Source: a virus
Strand: one strand, 5' to 3'
DNA: 64,000 nt
Virus record (IMG/VR): IMGVR_UViG_3300026516_000166
Location: 3,510 to 67,509 of that record
Shown here in pieces: positions 1 through 9,006 of this stretch. The notes below the pieces were generated by a model. That model saw only the letters and a list, made by a program, of their open reading frames with translations. It was not told the DNA's origin and ran no database searches. Made by a program: the position numbers and the translations under genes. How positions within the stretch are numbered: position 1 is the stretch's first letter; every line of letters starts with the position of its first letter.

Positions 1-28
1 GCTCCAGACGCGGCGGCGCGGCCCCAAG

Positions 29-1186
29 GTGCTGCTCCTGGCCCTCAGCCTGCAGCGGGCGGCGGACATCACCCCCCTGCTGCGGCTGGACGAGGAGATC
101 GCTCTGGCCCTCAAGGTCTCCTCGGTGCGCCTCTCGCGCAGCTTCGACCAGTTCGTGGTCGAGGTGGCGCTGCCCAGGGAGTTCCACCTGTCCTACTCCC
201 TGGACCGGGTGCGCCGGCAGGTGGTCACCAGCGGTCTGGAAGTGCCGCTGGGCGTGTCGCCGCTCAACAAGGGCGTGACGGTGCGCCTGGACGATCCGGG
301 CACCCCGCACATGCTCATCGCCGGCACCACCGGCTGTGGCAAGACGACCCTGATGCAGGCGATCCTGATCCAGGCCATGCGTCAGAACGGCCCTGACCGG
401 CTGGGCGTGGTGCTGATCGACATCAAAAACAAGCCGTTCACGGCCTTCCGCGGGGCTGCGCACCTGCGCCACCCCGTGGTCACCGAGACGCGCGAGGCGC
501 TGGCCGTGCTGGACTGCCTCGCCAGGGAAGCGCGCGGCGACAAGCCCAAGGAGACGCCGCACACCATCGTCGGCGTGGACGAGCTCGCCTACCTGATCAA
601 CGAGACCGGTGGCCCGCGCAGCGCCGCAGCCGCGCTGATCGGGCGCATCGCCTCAGTCGGCCGTGAGCACGGCTTCACCCTCCTCGCCGGGACGCAGCAC
701 GCCAATCAGGAGGTCATCGGCGGGCCGATGGCGGCCGCCAACTTCCCCGCCCGCGTGGTAGGCGCGGTCGCCAACGCCAGCCAGTCGCAGGTGGCGTCGG
801 GCCAGGCCGGTCTCAAGGCGGAAAGGCTCCTGGGCAAGGGCGACTTTCTGCTGGTGACCAACCAGGACGATCCGGTGCGTTTCCAAGCGCCAGAGATCAA
901 ACCAGACGACTTCGCCCTGGTCGAGCGCGGGGCTGCCAAGCAGTTAGACATAGAAGTGCAAGAGGCTGCGGGGGACGAGACGCGCGCCGACCCTATCGAC
1001 CCGCGCCAGGTGGCCGACGTGCTGTGGCGGCGCATGGCGGGCGAGGCGAGCGGGATCACGGCGCTGGCGCGGTCGTGGAGCGTCGGCTCCGCCAAGGCCG
1101 GCCGCGTCAAGGCGTTCTCGGAAGACCTGGAGGCGGCGCTCTTGGACAAGGGCCTGCGCATCGCCCTGCCTGACCAAGGACTGTGA
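29..1186 (+). CDS. FtsK/SpoIIIE-family ATPase (probably 5'-truncated by the window edge)
   Basis: PHMLIAGTTGCGKT Walker A, VLIDIK, VGVDELA Walker B, GREHG-LLAGTQ and AERLLGKGDFL motifs typical of the FtsK ATPase domain. Confidence 0.85.
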   Translation: MLLLALSLQRAADITPLLRLDEEIALALKVSSVRLSRSFDQFVVEVALPREFHLSYSLDRVRRQVVTSGLEVPLGVSPLNKGVTVRLDDPGTPHMLIAGTTGCGKTTLMQAILIQAMRQNGPDRLGVVLIDIKNKPFTAFRGAAHLRHPVVTETREALAVLDCLAREARGDKPKETPHTIVGVDELAYLINETGGPRSAAAALIGRIASVGREHGFTLLAGTQHANQEVIGGPMAAANFPARVVGAVANASQSQVASGQAGLKAERLLGKGDFLLVTNQDDPVRFQAPEIKPDDFALVERGAAKQLDIEVQEAAGDETRADPIDPRQVADVLWRRMAGEASGITALARSWSVGSAKAGRVKAFSEDLEAALLDKGLRIALPDQGL

Positions 1187-1383
1187 GCGCGGGCGTATCG
1201 CCAACTCCCCGGATGGGTGGGGGCGGCTAACGCAACAGCACAGGGCCGTGTTCGGTGATGAGCACGTACACACGGCGGCGACGACGGCGGGGGCGACGGT
1301 GGGGGTGGCGACGGGTGCTGACTATAGCTTCGGCGGCGGCGAGGGCCACCGCCAGGGTGAGACGCCTGGGCATGGGAGGGCGT

Positions 1384-1803
1384 TTACTCATCGCCGATAA
1401 TTCGCGGTTTGGCAACGCTGCTTGCCATGAAAGCCTCAGTGAACGAGAGCAAAGCAGTTTTCTGCTCCGCGCTCATGGCGTAGACTAGCTCGGCCAGGCG
1501 GCGCACGATGCTGCGATCTTCCTGGCTCAGGTTCTTGAAGATGGCGTCGGAGTCTTCGGCGGCTGTGGGGGCAGGGTTGTCGGTCATGCCCAGCAGGTAG
1601 GCAGGCGATGTGTGCAGCGCCTCCGCCAGCGCCACCAACACCCAGGCCCCAGGCTCGCCGTAGCGGTCGTTCTCGATCTTGGACAGGTTGGGCCGGCGCA
1701 GCATCCCGCCAGTAAGCGCCTGCACGAGGCGCGTCAAATCCTCCTGCGTCATCTGCAGGCTTTCGCGCAGGCCGCGCACGCGGGTTCCGACAATCTGGGC
1801 CAT
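1384..1803 (-). CDS. XRE-family HTH transcriptional regulator (candidate repressor)
   Basis: RVRGLRESLQMTQEDL...LSKIEND...LAEALHTSPAYLLG HTH_3 pattern; divergent from a strong promoter. Confidence 0.85.
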   Translation of the reverse strand: MAQIVGTRVRGLRESLQMTQEDLTRLVQALTGGMLRRPNLSKIENDRYGEPGAWVLVALAEALHTSPAYLLGMTDNPAPTAAEDSDAIFKNLSQEDRSIVRRLAELVYAMSAEQKTALLSFTEAFMASSVAKPRIIGDE

Positions 1804-1865
1804 GATGTAATTGTATTTCAGATGTTACAATATGGCAAATCTGACTGCGATCATGCCAAAACAAC

Positions 1866-1908
1866 TTGACAGACGATAATTCCTGAATTACAATAGAACA
1901 TGCGTTCT
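1866..1908 (+). promoter_or_regulatory. sigma70-type promoter followed by a LexA-like box
   Basis: TTGACA(1866)-17 nt-TACAAT(1889), then AGAAC-ATGC-GTTCT at 1895-1908. Confidence 0.75.
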
Positions 1909-1980
1909 GTTATTTCCGCATGACAAGAAGTGAACCCGACAACCAAAGGAACACCCAGACCCATGCACACAGGAGACACT

Positions 1981-2586
1981 ATGCCTATCCAGGCAATGAT
2001 GGTCCGGCTATCGCGGTCAGAGATCACCGTAGGAGCGATGACAGGCGTGCTGCGCCAGATCGACAACCTGATCGCCCAGCGCACAGGGCGCAACGGCGAG
2101 GCCGGGCACAGCGACTGGCAGTTGCACATCGAAGGCGCGCTGGGCGAGCAGGCGCTGGCGAAGTGGATCGGAGCCTACTGGTCAGGCGCGGTCGGCAACC
2201 TGTCGGCCGCGGACATCGGCAAGGAGATCGAGGTCAGGACGACGCAGCGCCAGGACGGCAGCCTGATCCTGCACGAGTGGGACAAGGACGACGCCTACTT
2301 CTTCCTGCTCACCGGGCAGCACGGCGCATACCGCATTGCCGGCTGGATCGAAGGGCGCGATGGCAAGCGGCCAGCCTTCTGGCGCGACCCTGTGGGCGGC
2401 CGCCCGGCCTACTTCGTGCCCCAGGCCGCCCTCTATGACCCTGCTCACTTCATGCACCTGCTTCAGCTTCCCGTGGCCCACGAGATGGCGCTGGCGGTCG
2501 AGCGCAGCGCCGGGCCAGTCCCGAGACGGCAGGTGCCCCTGCGGGCCGCTGCCAACCGGCTGCGCGCCGAAGTCCGCAGCCAATGA
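1981..2586 (+). CDS. phage protein, possible PD-(D/E)XK nuclease fold
   Basis: SD AGGAGA before ATG 1981; GALGEQALAK...ADIGKEIEVRTT pattern (E..D..ExR). Confidence 0.5.
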   Translation: MPIQAMMVRLSRSEITVGAMTGVLRQIDNLIAQRTGRNGEAGHSDWQLHIEGALGEQALAKWIGAYWSGAVGNLSAADIGKEIEVRTTQRQDGSLILHEWDKDDAYFFLLTGQHGAYRIAGWIEGRDGKRPAFWRDPVGGRPAYFVPQAALYDPAHFMHLLQLPVAHEMALAVERSAGPVPRRQVPLRAAANRLRAEVRSQ

Positions 2587-2596
2587 GGAGATCCCT

Positions 2597-3040
2597 ATGA
2601 CCAAGTTCCTGGCTGCGTGCGCTGCGCTGTTCTTCGCCATCGCCGGCCTGCTCGTCGGCTGGCAGATCGCGTCCACCTGGACCCAGCACCACACCGACAT
2701 GGTGATCGGGGCGGGGTCGGTGATCGCCGGGCTGTGCGCGGTGGGGCTGATCGTCCTGCCCACCGCCTTGCTGATCGCGCGCTCTGGGGCCAGGAGCTGG
2801 CGCGAGCCGCCCGCGGTCGAGCCGCGGTCCGACTATCGCACGCTGATCGACCAGGCCCGCTACGAGCAGGCGGCGGCCCAGGCTGCGCGGGCGAGGCTGG
2901 CGGCCGAGCGCGATGGCGCGCGCTGGCTGGTCGAGCGCCAGGGCTTGCAGCCGCCCGCGATGGCGCAGGCGGAGCAGCCGCGCGGCTGGCAGCCGTCCAA
3001 CGGGCAGTGGATCGACGACGTGGGGGAGGGGTGGGATTGA
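2597..3040 (+). CDS. hypothetical two-TM membrane protein
   Basis: SD GAGGAG, two hydrophobic segments at N-terminus. Confidence 0.6.
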   Translation: MTKFLAACAALFFAIAGLLVGWQIASTWTQHHTDMVIGAGSVIAGLCAVGLIVLPTALLIARSGARSWREPPAVEPRSDYRTLIDQARYEQAAAQAARARLAAERDGARWLVERQGLQPPAMAQAEQPRGWQPSNGQWIDDVGEGWD

Positions 3041-3050
3041 TCGCCATACA

Positions 3051-3064
3051 GTTATGAAGATAAC
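3051..3064. promoter_or_regulatory. dispersed palindromic site GTTAY-N4-RTAAC
   Basis: GTTATGAAGATAAC. Confidence 0.6.
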
Positions 3065-3068
3065 GACA

Positions 3069-3095
3069 AGACGCCCGGTGGTTAGCCGGGCGTCT
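3069..3095. terminator. hairpin between convergent genes
   Basis: AGACGCCCGG / CCGGGCGTCT 10-bp inverted repeat. Confidence 0.55.
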
Positions 3096-3167
3096 ATCTA
3101 TTGGCTGCATGTGCTCTTTCGGCGGCTTTGTCGCTGTCATCGTGCTTGAAAACATCGGCTGGGCTTG

Positions 3168-3653
3168 TTATCCCGTGCCTTGACGATTCCATTCTGGCCG
3201 CAGAGTGCTTATCAACGTTGATTCGATAGCCTTTCGGCTGGCTGTTCGAAAAAACCATAGCTCGATCTGCCGCCCTGCTTTCGCGGCATTGTAGACCAAG
3301 CTGTTAATGCGACAATTCGTGGGTTGCCCACCTGAATAGCAATTTCTCGGTGAGATATTGCCGTAGCCGTTGTTAAAGCGGCTTGACAAATCGATGCACT
3401 CACCGACGTACATTGCCTGCCCGTCAATGGTCAAGACGTATACTCCTGCAGAGTGTCTGTCATTCGGGATGCGAAACCTGCAAAAGGGGCCGTGACCGTA
3501 GGGGCTGAGGGGAAGCCCATTACGATTGCTGTATCGTGCTTGAGGCATAAACTCTCGAACATCGCCTGCTGCGCTTCTTTCTGGGCGAATGACGCAGACT
3601 CTCTCGAAGACGTGGTTGCCCCAAGTTCTAGTCGTGCTTTCTGGCATGTCCAA
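3168..3653 (-). CDS. GIY-YIG nuclease-family protein (lower-GC insertion)
   Basis: GVYVLTIDGQAMYVGE...LSSRF...IE...PEWN; upstream minus-strand TATAAT near 3756-3761. Confidence 0.8.
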   Translation of the reverse strand: MDMPESTTRTWGNHVFERVCVIRPERSAAGDVREFMPQARYSNRNGLPLSPYGHGPFCRFRIPNDRHSAGVYVLTIDGQAMYVGECIDLSSRFNNGYGNISPRNCYSGGQPTNCRINSLVYNAAKAGRQIELWFFRTASRKAIESTLISTLRPEWNRQGTG

Positions 3654-3815
3654 CTCACCGTTAGCCTATCATGCGACGCCGATGCATGGCGAATGCCCCT
3701 TGTCCTGATCACCGTCCAGGACAGTCGAGGCCCAACCGTAACGCGGGATTGCCTGATTATACACCATATTGCGCCAAATCACGCGACCAGTTCCGCCCCT
3801 CTTTCCCCAATCACC

Positions 3816-3844
3816 TTGACAGTTCCTCTAGTCTGTTTTATACT
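3816..3844 (+). promoter_or_regulatory. sigma70-type promoter for the modification operon
   Basis: TTGACA(3816)-17 nt-TATACT(3839) in an AT-rich gap. Confidence 0.7.
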
Positions 3845-3886
3845 AAAACATATCTGCTATGCATAAACTGACTAGACGGAGCAACC

Positions 3887-4483
3887 TTGAGCGCTGACAA
3901 CTCCCTGCTGACCATCGAGTACGTCCCCCTGGAGGACGCCGTGCTGTGGGACCGCAACCCCAAGCGGCATGACATCGGGGCGCTGGTGGAGTCGATCTGG
4001 ACCTACGGCTACCAGGACCCCTCCAAGTTCGACGCGGCCCTGGGCGCGCTGGTCTACGGCAACGGGCGCATCCAGGCGGTGCAGGCGGGCAAGAAGGAAG
4101 GCCGCCACCCGCCCACGGGGGTCGCCCTGCTGCCTAACGGCCGCTGGGCCGTGCCGGTGGTTTTCGGCAACGACCTGGCGAGCCGGGCCGTGGCTGAGGC
4201 CTTCGCCATCGACCACAACAACCTGACCCTGGCCGGGAGCGACTTCACCGCGCTGGACATCGCCCGGCTGTGGGACGCCGACGCCTACGTCGCCCTGCTC
4301 TCCGAGTTCGCCGTGGCCGACCAGATGCCGCTGACGGTGGACGGCGACGACCTGGACGCCCTGCTGGCCCAAACGGCCAGCGAGGTGGAAGCGCCGGAGG
4401 AGTTCGGCAAGTACGATGAAGACCTGGCCACCGAGTACTGCTGCCCCAAGTGCGGCTACGAGTGGAGCGGCAAGCCGAGATAG
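3887..4483 (+). CDS. ParB/Srx-like N-terminal domain protein with C-terminal Zn ribbon
   Basis: RNPKRH..SIWTYGY..P..GNGR..A..DHNNL ParB-N pattern; CPKCGYEW end; typical partner of phage DNA methyltransferases. Confidence 0.75.
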   Translation: MSADNSLLTIEYVPLEDAVLWDRNPKRHDIGALVESIWTYGYQDPSKFDAALGALVYGNGRIQAVQAGKKEGRHPPTGVALLPNGRWAVPVVFGNDLASRAVAEAFAIDHNNLTLAGSDFTALDIARLWDADAYVALLSEFAVADQMPLTVDGDDLDALLAQTASEVEAPEEFGKYDEDLATEYCCPKCGYEWSGKPR

Positions 4484-5855
4484 CCTGTACGAGGTCAAGG
4501 TCAGGGCCATCCACGACACCAAGGGCCACCCCGGCTTCAGCCGCGGCGACATCACCGACCGGCCTGCCCCTTGCGTCAACGCCTCAGCCTCCGCGCAGTA
4601 CTTCTTCGAGACCTACCTGACCGCCGATCCCTCAGCCATGCCCAAGCCCAGCCACGCCAAGCCGCCCTACCACGTCCCCAGCATGGACGAGATCGCCGCC
4701 ATCCCGCCCAACGGCTACTCCGTCGTCTCCACCTTCAGCGGGGGCGGCGGGTCGTCGCTGGGCTACAAGCTGGCGGGCTTCCGGGTGCTGTGGGCCAACG
4801 AGTTCATCCCTGCCGCGCAGGAGACCTACCGCGCCAACTTCCCCGCCACCCTGCTGGACGGGCGGGACATCCGCAAGATACACCCGTCCGAGATCCTGGA
4901 GGCGGTGGGGCTGGAGCAGGGCGAGTTGGACGTGTTGGATGCCAGCCCGCCGTGCGCATCTTTCAGCACCGCTGGCAAGCGGGAGAAGGGCTGGGGCAAG
5001 GTCAAGGCGTACAGCGAGACCGAGCAGCGGGTGGACGACCTGTTCTTCGAGTTCGCCCGCATCCTGCGCGGCCTGCAACCCAAGGTCTTCGTGGCCGAGA
5101 ACGTCAGCGGCTTGGTCAAGGGCACGGCCAAGGGCTACTTCAAGATGATCCTCAAGGAGTTGCGCGCCTGCGGCTACACGGTCGAGTCGCGCCTGCTGGA
5201 CGCGCAATGGCTGGGCGTGCCCCAGATGCGCCAGCGGGTGATCTTCGTCGGCGTGCGCAACGATCTGGTGGAGACCTACGGCGTGCGCCCTGCCTTCCCT
5301 GCCCCCCTGCCCTACCGCTACTCCGTGCGTGAGGCCGTGCCGTGGATCGTGGCGGTGCGCATCGGCGGCCAGCGGCGCGAGAACTGGCAGCCGGCCGCGG
5401 TGCGGCCCGCGGGCACGGTCGTCCAGAGCGACGGGCGGCGCAGCAACACCACGGCCTACATGTCGTCCTACCTGGTGGAGGCCGAGACCGACATCAGCCG
5501 CTACGCCATCGGTGACGAGTGGGACAAGCTCGAACCGGGCCAGCGGTCGGAGAAGTACCAGCAACTCAAGAAGCCCGCGCTGGACGAGCCGTCGCCCACC
5601 ATCACCGCGCCGCCCAACGGCAGCTTCTCCCCAACCGCGCCGGCCGGCAGCGCCTCGGTGGTGCACCCCACCGAGAAACGCAAGTTCAGCATCGCGGAGC
5701 TGAAGCGCATCTGCTCCTTTCCCGACGACTTTGTGCTGACGGGCAGCTACGCGCAGCAGTGGGAGCGCATGGGCCGCGCCGTGCCGCCCCTGATGATGCA
5801 GCGCATCGCGCAGACGATCCAGACTGAGATCCTCGACCGATGCCGCTCTACCTGA
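4416..5855 (+). CDS. C5-cytosine DNA methyltransferase-like protein, probable carboxymethyltransferase (start uncertain; alternative ATG 4638)
   Basis: FSGGGG motif I, ANE, SPPCASFS catalytic motif IV, AENV motif VI, PQMRQR motif VIII, motif X reads ERMGRAVPP instead of GNAVPP. Confidence 0.9.
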   Translation: MKTWPPSTAAPSAATSGAASRDSLYEVKVRAIHDTKGHPGFSRGDITDRPAPCVNASASAQYFFETYLTADPSAMPKPSHAKPPYHVPSMDEIAAIPPNGYSVVSTFSGGGGSSLGYKLAGFRVLWANEFIPAAQETYRANFPATLLDGRDIRKIHPSEILEAVGLEQGELDVLDASPPCASFSTAGKREKGWGKVKAYSETEQRVDDLFFEFARILRGLQPKVFVAENVSGLVKGTAKGYFKMILKELRACGYTVESRLLDAQWLGVPQMRQRVIFVGVRNDLVETYGVRPAFPAPLPYRYSVREAVPWIVAVRIGGQRRENWQPAAVRPAGTVVQSDGRRSNTTAYMSSYLVEAETDISRYAIGDEWDKLEPGQRSEKYQQLKKPALDEPSPTITAPPNGSFSPTAPAGSASVVHPTEKRKFSIAELKRICSFPDDFVLTGSYAQQWERMGRAVPPLMMQRIAQTIQTEILDRCRST

Positions 5856-6046
5856 TCCTGCAGGGCAGCGCCTTCTACCGCCAGCCCAAGATACTCGACA
5901 TCGACCAGCGCCCCAGCCTGACCATCACGGCCAACGGCGTGGGCGCAATCGCCAGGCACCAGTACTGGATCGTCGAGGCCGAGAACACGCAAGAGGTTCT
6001 TCACTGGTTGAACAACACAGACCGCCATGAACGTAATCGTCCCTGA
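5840..6046 (+). CDS. small protein resembling a methyltransferase target-recognition module
   Basis: DQRPSLTITANG...QYWIVEAE resembles segments of the upstream MTase; overlaps both neighbours. Confidence 0.5.
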   Translation: MPLYLILQGSAFYRQPKILDIDQRPSLTITANGVGAIARHQYWIVEAENTQEVLHWLNNTDRHERNRP

Positions 6047-6962
6047 TCCATGTAGTTACGATCATAAACGCATAGCAGCCCTGAAAGACCATCTGGCCCA
6101 TAGCTTCTTCACCCTGATGGCCGATGATGACCTGCGCGCCGGGCTGTTCCCGCCCAAGCAGATGATGACGATCGCCACCTGGGGCGGCGAGGACTTCTCG
6201 GACGTGCGTACCAGCGCCCTGCTGGGCAACATCCCGGAGATCGCGTCGGGCGGTAAAATCATCCACGTCAACGAGTCGGAGCGCATCCAGAGCGCGGCCA
6301 CCGTGCTCTTTACGGACGGCGGCCATGACGTGGTGGTCGTGGACGCGGGCTGGCTGACCACCCTGCGCTGCGCCCTGATGGCGGCCATCGCGGTCGAGCG
6401 CTTCCTGCCCGAGATCGGGCCGCAGACGGCCGTGGGGCTGGCGGGGCTGGGCAAGATCAACCTGCTGACCGCGCAGGTGCTGCACGACCTGTGGGGCGTG
6501 CGGGAGTTCATCGTGCGCGGGTCGAAAAGCAACCGCCTGCGCAACGCCACCGCCCTGGCCGAGGCCATGCCCGGCGTCAGGGTGTGGAGCGACGCCACGC
6601 CGCAGATGGAGGTCCTGGCCGATGCCGCCTGCATCATCTCCTGCACCACCAACAACTATCGCAACGACACCGCCGACTTCGACAACCTGGCGAACGTCCC
6701 CCTGTTCGTGGCGCAGGACGACGGCTACTGGCTGGGGCCGTCCTTCCGGCAGGCCCTGCCCTCCCTCTCCGACCACCCAGAGCAGCACCGGGGCCACTGG
6801 CGGGACGAGTTCCCCTGGGACGACGCTTGCCCCGACTTCCTGAACCTGGCCTCGACGGCGCTGCCCAAGGGGACGCCCGTCGCAGTCTATCTCTTTGGCA
6901 TCGCCCTGGCCGACCTGGTCGTGGCCCTGGACGCATGGCGTTACGATGATAAGCGCAAGTGA
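6027..6962 (+). CDS. ornithine cyclodeaminase / mu-crystallin-like NAD(P)-binding protein
   Basis: DAGWLTTLRCALMAA (cf. LTALRTAA), GLAGLGKIN Rossmann motif, IISCTT, C-terminal GIALADL. Confidence 0.7.
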   Translation: MNVIVPDPCSYDHKRIAALKDHLAHSFFTLMADDDLRAGLFPPKQMMTIATWGGEDFSDVRTSALLGNIPEIASGGKIIHVNESERIQSAATVLFTDGGHDVVVVDAGWLTTLRCALMAAIAVERFLPEIGPQTAVGLAGLGKINLLTAQVLHDLWGVREFIVRGSKSNRLRNATALAEAMPGVRVWSDATPQMEVLADAACIISCTTNNYRNDTADFDNLANVPLFVAQDDGYWLGPSFRQALPSLSDHPEQHRGHWRDEFPWDDACPDFLNLASTALPKGTPVAVYLFGIALADLVVALDAWRYDDKRK

Positions 6963-7872
6963 TCTGGCAGTCGCCCGCAAAGTCCTCCTGCGCCGCGCCC
7001 GGCTCCTGGTCGACCAGCACGGCGTCCCCGACTTGATGCTCTCGGGCGGCGTGGACTCGGCGACGATCCTCTTTGCCCTGCTCGACCTGGGCGTCAAGCC
7101 CCGCTGCGTCACCTTCGGGCTGGGCGACACGGTCTCGACCGACATGGCCGTCTCCTCCGCCATCTGCGCCCACTTCGGCGTGGAGCACGAGGTCGTGGGG
7201 GTGCCGCGCAACGACGACGCGCTGCTGGACGACGTGCTGTGGACGCTGGCCGCGGTGCGCTGGGAGCTTGCCCCGCGCATCAAGAAGACCATCGTGCAGT
7301 GCGTCCACCCCATGCGCTACGCCTACCCCGCCGTGGGCGATTTCGCCCTGTTCGGCCTGACCGGCGACCAGTTCTTCCGCACCAGCGCGCAGGAGATGCG
7401 CAACGACCACCGCTTCGGCTGGCAGGCCATGAGCCACAACCGCCAGAGCGACTGCCACCAGCCGGAGTACTCCGACTACCACATCATGGACGTGGGACGC
7501 CGCCTGTACCGCAAGACGGTCGAGGACTTCTACGACTTCGACGCCTGGGGGGCGTGGGTGCAGCAGTTCCCCACGCCGGAGACCAACAGGCCGCTCCAGA
7601 AGTACCCCGCGGTGGCGGCCTTTGAAAGCTACTGGCGGCAGGGCAACTGGTACCGCCCCAACTCGCCCTACCAGATCAACTCCGGCCTGCGCGCCTACCA
7701 CGACACCCTGCTGGCCCACCCCCGCTTCGCCGCGCTCAAGGCCAAGGGGGTGATCGCGATCTACAACCGCCTGGCGGCTGAGATGGGCATCTATGCAGGC
7801 GGGTCCTACACCCCCAGCGTGCTCAAGCCCGCGCTGCGCTGGGACGACTTCAAGGACGAATGGTTAGCATGA
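6946..7872 (+). CDS. asparagine-synthetase-like ATP-dependent amide ligase lacking the glutaminase domain
   Basis: LMLSGGVDS PP-loop about 30 aa from the start, GLTGDQFF (cf. GEGADE), QKYP; no N-terminal Ntn domain. Confidence 0.75.
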   Translation: MISASDLAVARKVLLRRARLLVDQHGVPDLMLSGGVDSATILFALLDLGVKPRCVTFGLGDTVSTDMAVSSAICAHFGVEHEVVGVPRNDDALLDDVLWTLAAVRWELAPRIKKTIVQCVHPMRYAYPAVGDFALFGLTGDQFFRTSAQEMRNDHRFGWQAMSHNRQSDCHQPEYSDYHIMDVGRRLYRKTVEDFYDFDAWGAWVQQFPTPETNRPLQKYPAVAAFESYWRQGNWYRPNSPYQINSGLRAYHDTLLAHPRFAALKAKGVIAIYNRLAAEMGIYAGGSYTPSVLKPALRWDDFKDEWLA

Positions 7873-9005
7873 GCGACGACTTCCGGCCCGTCAACCGGGT
7901 CTATCACCTCGCCGGCGACTTCGCCGACCCCGTGCGCGTCTGGAACGACTTCCTTGCCGTTGTCAACGCAACCGCAGGGGTGAAGATCGTCGGCGCGCAC
8001 CACCACGTCTTCCCCTTCTACCAGACCGGCAGCGGCCTGAGCGGCGTGGTCATGCTCTCCGAGAGCCACGCCGCTATCCACACCTGGCCGGAGCACCGCT
8101 ACGCCTCGGTCACCCTCTCCTCCTGCGGTGGCCTCCAGTCAGTGCAGAGCTTTGCCGACCGGCTGAAGGCGCAGTGGCCCGACTGCGCGGTCGAGTACCA
8201 GGAGACCTGCGTCCCCGGCCAATCGCTGCTGATCGAGACGGAGGGACCCGTCATGGCGCGCCAAACCCCCTACCAGCGCCTGGAGCTATTCCGCTCCGCC
8301 GTCTTCGGCAAGGTGATGGCGCTGGACGGCATCATCCAGACCACCGAGCTTGACGCCTTCGTCTACCACGAGGCGCTTTGTCTCGTCCCCCTGGCCCTGC
8401 ACGCGGGCCGCGACCTGGACGTGCTCCTCGTGGGCGGGGGCGACGGCTACTCGCTGGCGACGGTGCTCAAGGACCCGTCCGTGCGCTCCGTCGCCATGAT
8501 CGACATCGACCGCGAGGTGGTGGAGAGCGCGACTGCCTGGTTCGGCAACGCCGCGGCCCTGGCCGACCCCAGGGTGCGGGTGGTCTACGACGACGCCCTG
8601 GCCTGGCTGGAGGTCGAGAAGACGCGCTTCGACGTGATCGTCGTCGACCTCACCGACCCCGCCGAGGGCACGGTGGCGGAGCCGCTGCGCAGTGACCGCT
8701 TCTACGCCGCGCTTGCCTCCCGCCTCAAGCCGGGCGGCTTCCTCAGCCAGCAGATCGGCTCGCCCTGGTTCCTGACCCATGAGACCACCAGCGCCCTGGC
8801 CCTGGCCCGCCAGTTCTGGGGCCACGTCGCGCCCTACTTCGTCACCGTCCCCTGCTTCCCAGGCGGCCAGCACGGCTTCATGGTGGCGACGGACGAGGCG
8901 GGCGCGACCTTCCGCGACCTGCCCTTCCCGACCCGCTGGTACACGCCGCAGGTGGCGATGACGGCCTTCGTCCTGCCCCCCTTCGTGCGGGATCTGGTGG
9001 TGTAG
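7869..9005 (+). CDS. speD-speE: S-adenosylmethionine decarboxylase-like / spermidine synthase fusion
   Basis: N-half GLSGVVMLSESHAAIHTWPE (pyruvoyl ES site); C-half TPYQ, LDGIIQ, YHEAL, VGGGDG, DIDREVV, VVDLTDP. Confidence 0.9.
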   Translation: MSDDFRPVNRVYHLAGDFADPVRVWNDFLAVVNATAGVKIVGAHHHVFPFYQTGSGLSGVVMLSESHAAIHTWPEHRYASVTLSSCGGLQSVQSFADRLKAQWPDCAVEYQETCVPGQSLLIETEGPVMARQTPYQRLELFRSAVFGKVMALDGIIQTTELDAFVYHEALCLVPLALHAGRDLDVLLVGGGDGYSLATVLKDPSVRSVAMIDIDREVVESATAWFGNAAALADPRVRVVYDDALAWLEVEKTRFDVIVVDLTDPAEGTVAEPLRSDRFYAALASRLKPGGFLSQQIGSPWFLTHETTSALALARQFWGHVAPYFVTVPCFPGGQHGFMVATDEAGATFRDLPFPTRWYTPQVAMTAFVLPPFVRDLVV

Positions 9006-9006
9006 C

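Noticed and set aside
1270..1320. GGCGAC/GGCGGC low-complexity run and Arg-rich ORFs
   Set aside because: At most a small basic ORF downstream of the XRE gene; there is no support for a functional repeat.
3845..3860. LexA box after the modification-operon promoter (AAAAC-ATAT-CTGCT)
   Set aside because: Too degenerate to support.
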